Part shown: in pieces, positions 1-9,469 of the stretch
Layout of the letters: the number at the start of each line of letters is the position of its first letter
Position numbering within the stretch: position 1 is the stretch's first letter
IMG/VR virus record: IMGVR_UViG_3300048997_000130
Coordinates: 1-64,000 of that record
Direction: 5' to 3' (one strand)
Length of the DNA: 64,000 nt
DNA from: a virus
Notes under the pieces: model-generated
The model's input: the letters and a program-made list of their open reading frames with translations, nothing else
Told to the model about the DNA's origin: nothing
Database searches by the model: none
Program-made: the position numbers and the translations under genes

Positions 1-1101
1 AAATATGTTGCCAATACCAATTTCACATTTCAAAAAACATCAATAAAAATCACTACTGATATATTTAACAACATCACATCATCACATCAATTATATATTA
101 ATATTGATAAAATCCAAATTCAAGCTGCATTGAAATGGGGATCGGATAATATAGACATATTAGCAGAAATGCCAACGACGCAATGTCAAGATATATTAGA
201 ATCTGTTCCAAAGGAGTTAGTTAATGAAATTATGCCAGGTACTAAATTGAATGGGCAAACCAAATGGAACGTACATATTGCTTTTGACATGCCTCATAGA
301 ATCAATCCAATTGTTGGAATAAAATTCAACAATGGATGCAAGGTTATAAATGTCCCGGAATCTATTGATATTAAAAATATCAAAAAACCTTTCCCACGAC
401 AAATATATACTAGTACCAAATTGTTGAAAACAATCATGAGCGGCCCTGGAACACCTAACTGGATTCCATTAACATTAGTATCGCCGTTCATCCCAGTAGC
501 AATTAAAACACTGGAAGATCCAGGATTTATGGGACATCGAGGTTTTTTAATTCAAGCGCTGGAAAATTCATTGATACAAGATATTCAAACAGGAAAATTG
601 GTGAGAGGTGGAAGTACTATCACCATGCAATTAGCCAAAAATTTATGGCTCAATCGCAATAAAAATCTCTCCAGGAAATTACAAGAATTAATATTAACTA
701 TTTATCTCGAACAAAATTTAAACAAAGACACTATATTAGAATATTATATGAATATAGTTGAATTCGGACCAAATATTTATGGAATTAAAGACGCCAGTCA
801 TTATTATTTCAATAAACACCCGGCTAATTTATCATTAAGTCAGTCATTATTTTTAGCATCTATTTTGCCAAAACCAAATGGATCATATTTTGACATTAAT
901 GGCATTTTAACTAATGCAAGAATACTATTCATCCGTAGAATAATGAAATCTTTGCTTGATAAAAACCTGATTTCAGAATTTGAATATGAAAAAGGAATCC
1001 GTGAAACACCTGCCTTTAAACAGGCATCTACAGGAAATGATGATATATATCCAACAATGACTTCAGATGATGGTATTGATCCAGCAGCATGGCATCAATA
1101 A
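1..1101 (+). CDS. Peptidoglycan transglycosylase (GT51) domain protein, 5'-truncated by window edge
   Basis: GT51 motifs EDPGFMGHRG, RGGSTITMQLAKNL, RKLQE, KDTILEYYMN, YGIKDASHYYF; frame 1 is open from base 1, so the true start lies upstream of the tracked TTG at 130. Confidence 0.88.
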   Translation, partial: KYVANTNFTFQKTSIKITTDIFNNITSSHQLYINIDKIQIQAALKWGSDNIDILAEMPTTQCQDILESVPKELVNEIMPGTKLNGQTKWNVHIAFDMPHRINPIVGIKFNNGCKVINVPESIDIKNIKKPFPRQIYTSTKLLKTIMSGPGTPNWIPLTLVSPFIPVAIKTLEDPGFMGHRGFLIQALENSLIQDIQTGKLVRGGSTITMQLAKNLWLNRNKNLSRKLQELILTIYLEQNLNKDTILEYYMNIVEFGPNIYGIKDASHYYFNKHPANLSLSQSLFLASILPKPNGSYFDINGILTNARILFIRRIMKSLLDKNLISEFEYEKGIRETPAFKQASTGNDDIYPTMTSDDGIDPAAWHQ

Positions 1102-1271
1102 TGCTCAATATCAGATGCTTCATAGGAGATTTGCGCAGTTGTCCTACGTGATTCAGGCAACAAATCAACAACTGCTTTATCATATTCGGACCGATTAGTT
1201 ATATCAACTGATAAAGCTCTAGAAGAAGTTAAATATCGATTAAATTTCAGAGTTAACTGCGTTTTCAACAT
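1095..1271 (-). CDS. Small hypothetical protein (58 aa)
   Basis: Open frame ATG 1271 to TGA 1095 (MLKTQLTLKFNRY...DIEHY) fills the gap after rmlB; below ORF-track cutoff; no homology recognised. Confidence 0.3.
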   Translation of the reverse strand: MLKTQLTLKFNRYLTSSRALSVDITNRSEYDKAVVDLLPESRRTTAQISYEASDIEHY

Positions 1272-1286
1272 AAACCAAGCAATTTA

Positions 1287-2336
1287 CTAAGAAGCTAACT
1301 TTTGTTCATATGTCAATAAAGAACGGACTGTTCGCTCCAGGCCTTCAGTGAAATATATATCAGGGGTCCACCCCATATTTTTCATCAAAGAACCATCTAA
1401 TGCATATCGCATATCATGCTTTGGACGCGATGGATGATAATCCACCATAGTATAATCCAGTTCTTTCCCGAGAATAGTGGCTACCGATAGAGCAACATCT
1501 AAATTAGATATTTCTTCAATACCTGTTATATTATATTTACCAATCAAATCTGTCCCATCTAAACAAGAACCTTTATTAAGTAAAAAATGAACTGCAGAAG
1601 CAACATTTTGAACATATAAATAATATCGAGAGCTGGATCGCGTCCGAGTGGAATCGGAATGGATTTGTATTGTCTCCCCACGCAAAATTTTTCGAACTAA
1701 TAATGGAATAAATTTTTCAGAATGTTGACGTTCCCCAAATACGTTGGTTGTATGAGTCACTAAAATAGGTAATCCATAAGTATTGGCATAAGCCGTACAT
1801 AAAGCCTCCGAGCCCGCTTTAGAAGCCGCATATGGATTATTAGGATTAAATCTATCCCATTCTTTGAATAACCGAGATTCTGGTGCCGGCCCAAATACTT
1901 CATCAGTAGAAAACACGACAATTTTTCCATCATTACGCAGAGCTCGCAACATATTTTGACGAAAAAAATCAAGCAAGTGAGCGGTTCCGACGACGTTATC
2001 CAATAGGAACCCAACAGGATCTTCAATACTCCTATCAACATGCGATCCAGCAGCAAAATGCACAACATGATCAAAGGGGGTTGAATATACAGACCCACGA
2101 TTAGTTAGAATCTTATCAGCAATTCCTTGATTAATCGATGCTCTTAAATCGTGATGGATGAACTGGACTCGGTTACAATGTTTGGTCCAAGTTTCCATTT
2201 CACTCAGACGATTCAAATCACCTGAAGAATCGAGCCTATCCATACATACTACGTTCCAATCGGTGACTCTCAAAATATAATCAATAAAATGATGTCCAAT
2301 AAATCCAGCACCACCAGTCACAAGGATCTTAGTCAT
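1287..2336 (-). CDS. rmlB: dTDP-glucose 4,6-dehydratase
   Basis: GGAGFIG Rossmann motif, HFAAGSHVDRSI, STDEVFG, YAASK catalytic motif, EKFIP. Confidence 0.9.
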   Translation of the reverse strand: MTKILVTGGAGFIGHHFIDYILRVTDWNVVCMDRLDSSGDLNRLSEMETWTKHCNRVQFIHHDLRASINQGIADKILTNRGSVYSTPFDHVVHFAAGSHVDRSIEDPVGFLLDNVVGTAHLLDFFRQNMLRALRNDGKIVVFSTDEVFGPAPESRLFKEWDRFNPNNPYAASKAGSEALCTAYANTYGLPILVTHTTNVFGERQHSEKFIPLLVRKILRGETIQIHSDSTRTRSSSRYYLYVQNVASAVHFLLNKGSCLDGTDLIGKYNITGIEEISNLDVALSVATILGKELDYTMVDYHPSRPKHDMRYALDGSLMKNMGWTPDIYFTEGLERTVRSLLTYEQKLAS

Positions 2337-3617
2337 TTAAATATTTTCCTTCGATATAACTATCGGATCAGGAATAGGAACGATGAATTTTCCACCATTT
2401 TCTAGATATGCTCGATGATTCCGAATGATTGATTCAGCAAAATTCCAAGCTAAAATCACTACGTAATCAGGTTGTCGTTCATAAATAGCTTGTGGAGAAA
2501 GAACAGGAATAAATTTCCCGGGAGTAAATAAACCTTGTTTTAAAGGTGCGTCTTCTACTATGAAATCAATTACCGAATTATCAAGATCAAATTGATGCAT
2601 TAATGTTGTGACTTTAGCTGGAGCACCATAACCAGCAATTTTATTGCCAACTGATTGAAAACTGGAAAGCAGTTTTCTAAGATTATTCTTTAATTTTGTT
2701 ACTTTCCAACTCAAACGACATATCGGGTTTATTGAATCTTTAGAAGGATTTTGTGGAGTCCATAGTCCCAAATCCGATTCTTTAGTTAATAAATCAAGCA
2801 TGGCTGGAGATTCAACTCTATCTGATCTCCCGACAAATGCGCGCAACGTACCACCATGATTCCGATTAATAGTGGCATCAAATAGTTTCAGTCCAAATCG
2901 TTGGAAGAACGGAACAAATGAACCAATATGATGATAATCTAAATGCTCATGATAAACAGTATCAAACAGAGTTTGATCAATAACAGCAGGCAAATAAGAT
3001 ACTTCGAAAACGAATACACCATCATTAGCTAATAAGATAGATATTCCTTTAACAATATCTATAAGATTATCAATATGAGCAAATACATTATTGGCAACAA
3101 TTAGCTTAGCAGGCCCATGTTGTTCAAGGATTTTTGATGCTAGTCTTTCCGAGAAAAATTCCGGAATAGTCTGAATCCCGGAATCATTAGCTACTTCAGC
3201 AATATTGATTGCAGGATCCACTCCAATACCACGTACACCGTTATCTACGATTGCACGTAAAAATGTTCCGTCATTACTGCCAATTTCAACAACCAAATCA
3301 TTAAGTTGAACACTGTAATCACGAATTAAATCAATTGCATAATTACGGAAATGTTCAATATTAACTGGAGATGTTCCCGATACGTACAAATATTTACGGA
3401 ACAATCGCTCAGGATTAACAACAACCGGTAATTGAACATGGCCGCATCTATGACATGTATTAAGACGTAATGGATAAATATCTTGGATTTGTCCGGATTG
3501 AACAAATTCGGAAGTAACAAATTCATTTGCTAATGGAGTAGGAATTAATTCAAATGCGGTAGTTGTATCGCCACCGCATAAACGACAATCCTGTCGAACG
3601 TAGAAATCAGAAGCCAT
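2337..3617 (-). CDS. NDP-hexose C-methyltransferase (Zn-binding N-terminus, SAM-dependent)
   Basis: N-terminal CRLCG and CHRCGHVQL Zn ligands, EIGSNDG SAM motif, ANNVFAHI, YHEHLDY, GYGAPAK, ILAWNF typical of sugar C3-methyltransferases. Confidence 0.88.
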   Translation of the reverse strand: MASDFYVRQDCRLCGGDTTTAFELIPTPLANEFVTSEFVQSGQIQDIYPLRLNTCHRCGHVQLPVVVNPERLFRKYLYVSGTSPVNIEHFRNYAIDLIRDYSVQLNDLVVEIGSNDGTFLRAIVDNGVRGIGVDPAINIAEVANDSGIQTIPEFFSERLASKILEQHGPAKLIVANNVFAHIDNLIDIVKGISILLANDGVFVFEVSYLPAVIDQTLFDTVYHEHLDYHHIGSFVPFFQRFGLKLFDATINRNHGGTLRAFVGRSDRVESPAMLDLLTKESDLGLWTPQNPSKDSINPICRLSWKVTKLKNNLRKLLSSFQSVGNKIAGYGAPAKVTTLMHQFDLDNSVIDFIVEDAPLKQGLFTPGKFIPVLSPQAIYERQPDYVVILAWNFAESIIRNHRAYLENGGKFIVPIPDPIVISKENI

Positions 3618-3633
3618 ATTTTACTCCGTGGAA

Positions 3634-4947
3634 TTAAATTGACTTTACTAAACTATCATCCAAGACTTTAATATATCCACCACCACATATAGGACAACAA
3701 TTTTTGAGATACCCGGACAAATCACATCGATCCCCAATCCATCCACAACCTGATCCATCTTTATCCGATGGAACAAATCCATAATGCCCATAACATTGGA
3801 CATTAATAGACTTAATTTTCAAATGCGTCGCAAGTTCATTCTCAATCTTCTGACATATTATCAACCATGAATGTTGATAAGCGAGTTCCGAAGCGCGTTG
3901 ATTTACAGATTCTCTAAAAGAAGAATCTAACAATGCTTGGATGACAGTATCAGAAAATTGTTTGATATTATATTTGACTGGAATTGGAGTTATTGGAATA
4001 TGGTTTCCATAAATATATGGGAGCGCATCAATAGCTGTTGTTATAGGGCATGATCGAGCTGCACAACCTTCCATTAATGTAATTGAAAATCCTTCAGTCC
4101 ACATGACAGTATCACATGAATATGCCATAACTTCAGATTTAGCAATTTCTTCACAGATTTGAGATTTACTGACAGAATCTACAATTTCAACATCATATTG
4201 TTGAAGCCTATTCAATGCTTCAACAATATAATATGCGCGATGTCGTTGTTCTTCAACATCATAATAAATATTGGATTCTGTTCCCGTAAAATGGTTTATC
4301 CAAGGCTTTAAACGATAGAAAACTCGAAGATGAGCATGCGGAACTGCTTTCTTGATTTTCGGCCATTCCTGAAGAAGCCAGTGGAGACCACGATCGGGAG
4401 AAGATGCCCAGATCACTCGACCAGGAACTTTTTGGATTCCAGATTCAAAAAGTGCATCATATCGTTCTGGATCACATCCGTCCGGAATAACAACCCATCG
4501 TATATTATTATGTTCACCATTAATTTGTTGTAATCGCTCCAAATGTGGAACTGAAGGACTAATCATTAAATCATTGAATTGACTATAACCCGCTGCACAA
4601 TGATCGAGATTATTGTTTTGAAAACTAGTGACTCTAAAAACAGTATTAGGTATGTTTTTGAATATCTCAGGATCATTCCAAGAAAAAATGACATCATAAT
4701 TCTGCGAATCCCCTACTAAACCATCATAATCATGACACATTATTTTATGCCATTTAGAAGGCATAACTCCGAGAGCTAATGTATATATATGAACATCATG
4801 TCCAAAATCAGCAAATACCTCAGCAACTCTAAAAAATGCGTATTCAGATCCGGTTAATCCACGTGGATCATCCCATATATTGGAAAAATTAAACCCCATT
4901 TTCCCAGGAATTAATCCATACGGACTATAAACAAAAGCAATTCGCAA
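3634..4947 (-). CDS. Glycosyltransferase, GT-B fold (GT4-like)
   Basis: VIPDGCD, IWASSPDRGL, EGFSITLMEGCAA (ExF-like) motifs; Cys-rich C-terminal tail. Confidence 0.8.
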   Translation of the reverse strand: MRIAFVYSPYGLIPGKMGFNFSNIWDDPRGLTGSEYAFFRVAEVFADFGHDVHIYTLALGVMPSKWHKIMCHDYDGLVGDSQNYDVIFSWNDPEIFKNIPNTVFRVTSFQNNNLDHCAAGYSQFNDLMISPSVPHLERLQQINGEHNNIRWVVIPDGCDPERYDALFESGIQKVPGRVIWASSPDRGLHWLLQEWPKIKKAVPHAHLRVFYRLKPWINHFTGTESNIYYDVEEQRHRAYYIVEALNRLQQYDVEIVDSVSKSQICEEIAKSEVMAYSCDTVMWTEGFSITLMEGCAARSCPITTAIDALPYIYGNHIPITPIPVKYNIKQFSDTVIQALLDSSFRESVNQRASELAYQHSWLIICQKIENELATHLKIKSINVQCYGHYGFVPSDKDGSGCGWIGDRCDLSGYLKNCCPICGGGYIKVLDDSLVKSI

Positions 4948-4953
4948 AGTCTC

Positions 4954-5640
4954 CTACTTTACTATAGGAACATACAAACTATGCGAAACATTACTCACGT
5001 GATAAAGATCCGTGGCTACTTCCATGTAACCTCCAATATCCATCAATAACAACTGGCGGATTTCATCAACAATCGTGGAGCGTCTGAAAACGTGATTTTC
5101 AACCAAAATTTTTGGATGGCATCGTGTGATTAGATTCTTACTATTCTGTAGAATCTCAACTTCAGCACCTTCAACATCCATCTTTATCCAATCAATCACA
5201 GCTCCGGATAATTCTCTATCAGCCCAATCATCTAATCGTTCAACATAAATTTCTGAGCCTGATCGAGTCTCTGAAAATGTTTGATTATCAACATTCAGAT
5301 AACCAGCAGCAGCATATAATCCAGTCTGATAAATTTTGCATTTATCAGACCAACCATTGAGTTCCAAATTTCGACTCAAAATTTCGAATTCAGTTTCTTC
5401 ACCAATCGGCCCTTGTGGAGCCCAGGCCCATACAAATGCAGCTCCTTGACTGAGAGCTGTTAAAGTATATGATCCAAAACAAGCACCGATATCTAAAATC
5501 TTTTCCCCTGTTTGAATATTCCAAAATTTGTTGCGAACGTCTTGTTCATCTTCAAACGTATACCAAGTCGGATGAAGAGGATATCGTTCTTCACAATATA
5601 TTTGGAATGTTTGGTCTTTAAACGAATGATTACGAATCAT
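4954..5640 (-). CDS. FkbM-family methyltransferase
   Basis: ILDIGACFGSY, IDWIKMDVEGAE, ILVENH. Confidence 0.85.
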   Translation of the reverse strand: MIRNHSFKDQTFQIYCEERYPLHPTWYTFEDEQDVRNKFWNIQTGEKILDIGACFGSYTLTALSQGAAFVWAWAPQGPIGEETEFEILSRNLELNGWSDKCKIYQTGLYAAAGYLNVDNQTFSETRSGSEIYVERLDDWADRELSGAVIDWIKMDVEGAEVEILQNSKNLITRCHPKILVENHVFRRSTIVDEIRQLLLMDIGGYMEVATDLYHVSNVSHSLYVPIVK

Positions 5641-6548
5641 TTGGATCTCATCTCATTTATTGAATATGAATTTATCGGATTTATATAATTTTGTGCTCGT
5701 TTAGATTCCCAGATTGAATTGTTGGATTCAATGGGTCGAAGGCGTTTGCAATGAGGAAAAATGGATCTAGGATTAACGATATGTGCTACGTTATGTGGCA
5801 CATTAAAAAATGTTAACTGACGTTGAGTAAAAAGCCGATCTGCTAAATCAGAATCTTGATATCCATGTGATCCGTCTAAATCTTCGTCCCATCCATTAAC
5901 AGAAAGAATATGTTCTAATTTAACACTCTCGTTCTTACCATAAAACAATAAATGATTGATAGGACCATGTGGCATATTTATTTTTGTATCATGTCCGAAT
6001 GCCAAATCAGCATTCAATTGATCTATACCATCAAATTCTTTAAAAATGCTCCACATTAAATCAGTCAACAAATTGGATTTAATATCGTTAATATAAGTAT
6101 CAATTCCATCAAATGAATAATTATCATCATTGACACGATATTGAATAGGACGCATCAATGTTGGGAGTTGAACATATCTATGTGGACTCATCACCACTCC
6201 ATCATTATCAAATGATGAGTGGGTGTTAATATGTTCTGATAGACATGTTGGTGGAAGCCATGTGTAATCAGTCAAAAATAATACGAATTCACAATCCGCT
6301 TGGATTAAACCCGCATTGGCATATTTACAAAATGCATTAATAGGGAATGGATTATTGGACGGTTCAATATGTTTGATAGGAAATGAATAATTCCTTGATT
6401 CTTCTTCAACGATATCTTTACGATAATCATATAATCCATCAGAGATGATTAATTCAAAATCTGTAAAAGATTGCGATGCTAATCCATGACATAACACATC
6501 AAGCCCGCCGACTCGGACAGTCGGCATAATTATCGATATTCGAGGCAT
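5637..6548 (-). CDS. Glycosyltransferase family 2 (GT-A)
   Basis: ISIIMPT start, QSFTDFELIISD, NAGLIQADCEFVLFLTD, VNGWDEDL, GYQDSDL. Confidence 0.82.
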   Translation of the reverse strand: MPRISIIMPTVRVGGLDVLCHGLASQSFTDFELIISDGLYDYRKDIVEEESRNYSFPIKHIEPSNNPFPINAFCKYANAGLIQADCEFVLFLTDYTWLPPTCLSEHINTHSSFDNDGVVMSPHRYVQLPTLMRPIQYRVNDDNYSFDGIDTYINDIKSNLLTDLMWSIFKEFDGIDQLNADLAFGHDTKINMPHGPINHLLFYGKNESVKLEHILSVNGWDEDLDGSHGYQDSDLADRLFTQRQLTFFNVPHNVAHIVNPRSIFPHCKRLRPIESNNSIWESKRAQNYINPINSYSINEMRSK

Positions 6549-6554
6549 GATATA

Positions 6555-7082
6555 TTATACCGATTTCGAACAAGTCATAGTCAATTCATAAAATACTTCG
6601 TCACTGTGTATTTTAATACGATTTAAATTCACAAACCCATGAGTCTCAAGGAAAGATATTAGACTGGCTTCAGTAAACCCATGACAATGTTTATCAAATT
6701 GTATTAAATCAGGATTCTCTGGAGCATCAAACCAGTTCCCTTGTTCTCCCCAAATAAGTTCACACAATCGAGCATTGGTCGGATCCTCAATAAATCGACG
6801 TAAAACAACATCCATATCAACTTCGCCAACCATAAGTACGCCAGTTGGCGAAAGAACCCTTCGCATTTCTTGGATCACTGGAATATGGTAAATTGGAGCA
6901 AGATGTAGTAATAAATATCCAGCATAAATTTCATCAGCTGAATTATCTGGAAATGGAATAGGATCAGTACGAGCATCCCAAATAATGTCGCATTTTTTAT
7001 TAATAAGTGGCCATTCTGGAACCACGTCCAAGTTAATCCATCCTTCACGGATGTTTGTGCCACTAGCTAAATTTAATTTCAT
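6555..7082 (-). CDS. Class I SAM-dependent methyltransferase (glycan-cluster type)
   Basis: KLNLASG, GWINLD, PFPDNSADEI, EMRRVLSPTG. Confidence 0.8.
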   Translation of the reverse strand: MKLNLASGTNIREGWINLDVVPEWPLINKKCDIIWDARTDPIPFPDNSADEIYAGYLLLHLAPIYHIPVIQEMRRVLSPTGVLMVGEVDMDVVLRRFIEDPTNARLCELIWGEQGNWFDAPENPDLIQFDKHCHGFTEASLISFLETHGFVNLNRIKIHSDEVFYELTMTCSKSV

Positions 7083-7780
7083 TTGGATTTATATAAACTA
7101 TGCGTTACTGCAGCCGTATATGGAATATTACCGACTTCTTGATAATCCAATTCATTCAAAAATTGTCGGACTTCATCAGCAATACTAGCACGTTTGAAAA
7201 TATGGTTTTCAACTTGAATGTTTGGTTTATATTTGAGAATGGTGTTGGCAGCTCCCTTCAATACTTCCACTTCAGCGCCTTCGACGTCCAGTTTCATCCA
7301 ATCTACACGTTGTGAAGTTGAAAGTTCGCGCCCGGCCCATGAATCTAAAGTTTCAACCTTAATAATATTGCCGGCAGTCCTAGCAACAAATTCATCGTCG
7401 ATAGTCGATTGAATGGTTTGATTAACTGTATGTAAATAACCAACAGAACTATAAAGCCCAGTGTTATATACAATGCATTTGTCTCCCCAACCATTTAGAA
7501 TGATGGATTTTTGAAGGACTTCCTGTTCAGTTTCACCCGGATGACCTTGAGGAGACCAAGCCCAAACCATGCCGGCTCCTTGAGCCAAGGCTGTTAAAGC
7601 ATATGATCCGAAAGCCGCTCCGATATCGAGTACATGGGCTCCGGGTTGGATATGCCAAAATGCTTCTTTAATATTAATTTCATCATCAAAACTGGTCCAT
7701 GAAGCATGATTTGGATAAGTTTCTAAACTCCAAATCTGGAAGGATCCACCTCGAAATGAAATATTGCGAATCATATGCAA
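7079..7780 (-). CDS. FkbM-family methyltransferase (paralog of 4954..5640)
   Basis: VLDIGAAFGSY, VDWMKLDVEGAE, IQVENH. Confidence 0.85.
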   Translation of the reverse strand: MHMIRNISFRGGSFQIWSLETYPNHASWTSFDDEINIKEAFWHIQPGAHVLDIGAAFGSYALTALAQGAGMVWAWSPQGHPGETEQEVLQKSIILNGWGDKCIVYNTGLYSSVGYLHTVNQTIQSTIDDEFVARTAGNIIKVETLDSWAGRELSTSQRVDWMKLDVEGAEVEVLKGAANTILKYKPNIQVENHIFKRASIADEVRQFLNELDYQEVGNIPYTAAVTHSLYKSK

Positions 7781-8829
7781 CTTTCTGGACTATATTTTTG
7801 ATATATTTGTCTTAGATTATCAGCGTTGTGCAACGCCCATGAATAAATCCGTTCCATTCCAGATTTCACATCTATCGCGGGTTGCCATCCTGTTATAGAT
7901 GAAAATTCTCGATGATCAGTCACAAATAGTTTATCTTCGTTCAAACGACCAGGACTAGATTTTTTAGATAATGAATGACCGGCTATTGAAGACAACATAT
8001 TGTAAGCTTCTAAAACCGAAATAGTATTAGGACTCCCACCACCAATATTGAAAACTCGACCAAAAACAGCATCCATACGTGCAAACGATGCAAATACGGC
8101 AGAAGCTACATCTGAACAAAATAACATATCACGAGTCTGATATCCGGTACCTTGTATATCAATTGTCCAATCTAATGCAGCAGAGATACAAAACCAAGTT
8201 AACCAACCATGTCTAGGCCCATGACATGGTGCATCACCATATAGATTGGAACATCTAAGAACAGTGACCGGTAAGCCATAAGACCGAGCATAAGCCATAG
8301 CTAATGCAGATTGAGCCATTTTGGATGCAGCATATGGTTCATCAGGTTCTAAGCGATATCCTTCATGGACACCATGAAAGGATTCAGGCCATTTGTAACG
8401 AATCCCATCTAAATAGCAATCAATAGAGTCTGTGACATAAGGTTTTACGCTCGAAAGCATGACAGTTGGAGTATAAATTTTGGATTGACGCATTATATCC
8501 AAAATCTTTCGAGTGGATTCGACATTGGACACCCAATCATCGGTGGGATCTAATGAAGAATGTGGAATGCCAGTATGTGCTGCAGCATGCAAAATATAAT
8601 CATGTGATTGGATTAATTGTATCCAATCCATATTTGACATTGTCTCAATGCGCTCCTTGATAATTTGGATTTTGGATCCATATTGATGAAGAAGACGCGT
8701 AGCAGTCCAGACATTCCGAAGCTCTTCACAACTATCAACAATTGTGACAATGGCACCATGTGCCATCACTTCATCTACAAAACGAGAACCGATGACTCCA
8801 AGTCCACCGGTGACCAAATATCGATTCAT
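7771..8829 (-). CDS. NAD-dependent NDP-sugar epimerase (CDP-paratose 2-epimerase-like)
   Basis: LVTGGLGVIG, YAASK, GWLTWF, GTGYQTRDML, FNIGGG; start reassigned to ATG 8829 (MNRYLVTGG). Confidence 0.8.
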   Translation of the reverse strand: MNRYLVTGGLGVIGSRFVDEVMAHGAIVTIVDSCEELRNVWTATRLLHQYGSKIQIIKERIETMSNMDWIQLIQSHDYILHAAAHTGIPHSSLDPTDDWVSNVESTRKILDIMRQSKIYTPTVMLSSVKPYVTDSIDCYLDGIRYKWPESFHGVHEGYRLEPDEPYAASKMAQSALAMAYARSYGLPVTVLRCSNLYGDAPCHGPRHGWLTWFCISAALDWTIDIQGTGYQTRDMLFCSDVASAVFASFARMDAVFGRVFNIGGGSPNTISVLEAYNMLSSIAGHSLSKKSSPGRLNEDKLFVTDHREFSSITGWQPAIDVKSGMERIYSWALHNADNLRQIYQKYSPESCI

Positions 8830-8872
8830 ACCAGATATCATGGAATATAGATAGACAATACAGGATTGGAAG

Positions 8873-9436
8873 TCACTCCATATCAGAAATCTTAGCAGCA
8901 ATCCTCTCTAAGGGTGAAAGCACAAATGGCAAACCGATATAGATTCGGCCATCTCCTTCATCTCCACCCCATAACATCAATTCATGTGAAGTAAATATAA
9001 GGGGGGCCGGAAGATTGGAGGAAAACTGGAATTCGGGCTGAATAGGTTCTGGTTTATGATATGCTAAAGTAATATGGGGTTTATATTCCGGCCATTTATT
9101 AGAAAAGTTGATATCATTAGCTATAAATGCGGTGATAAGCGAATCATGTAATTGATGCAACTCTGGTGATTCCACAGGACATATTATTGGGAAACCATCA
9201 TCAGGATTGGCTGCAAATGAAGCAATCGATTCAATACCAATTACAAATGATTGTTGTTGACATATTACAGAATAGGCAACAACCATAACACGTGCCAATT
9301 CTGTAATTGGTACGTTCTTACCTAGATATAATATAGTAATATGCATATCAGAAGCTGATAACTTCTGACCAGGAACATCCAATACTTCTAATAAACGTGC
9401 GACTTCATGCGGAACACGTAAACCTAAAAATGCCAT
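8873..9436 (-). CDS. 2H phosphoesterase (2'-5' RNA ligase / Acb1-like fold)
   Basis: Two HxT motifs, HITILY and KPHITLAY, about 85 aa apart. Confidence 0.85.
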   Translation of the reverse strand: MAFLGLRVPHEVARLLEVLDVPGQKLSASDMHITILYLGKNVPITELARVMVVAYSVICQQQSFVIGIESIASFAANPDDGFPIICPVESPELHQLHDSLITAFIANDINFSNKWPEYKPHITLAYHKPEPIQPEFQFSSNLPAPLIFTSHELMLWGGDEGDGRIYIGLPFVLSPLERIAAKISDME

Positions 9437-9469
9437 GCTGCTAATTATACTAAATTAGCAGCTCAAATA

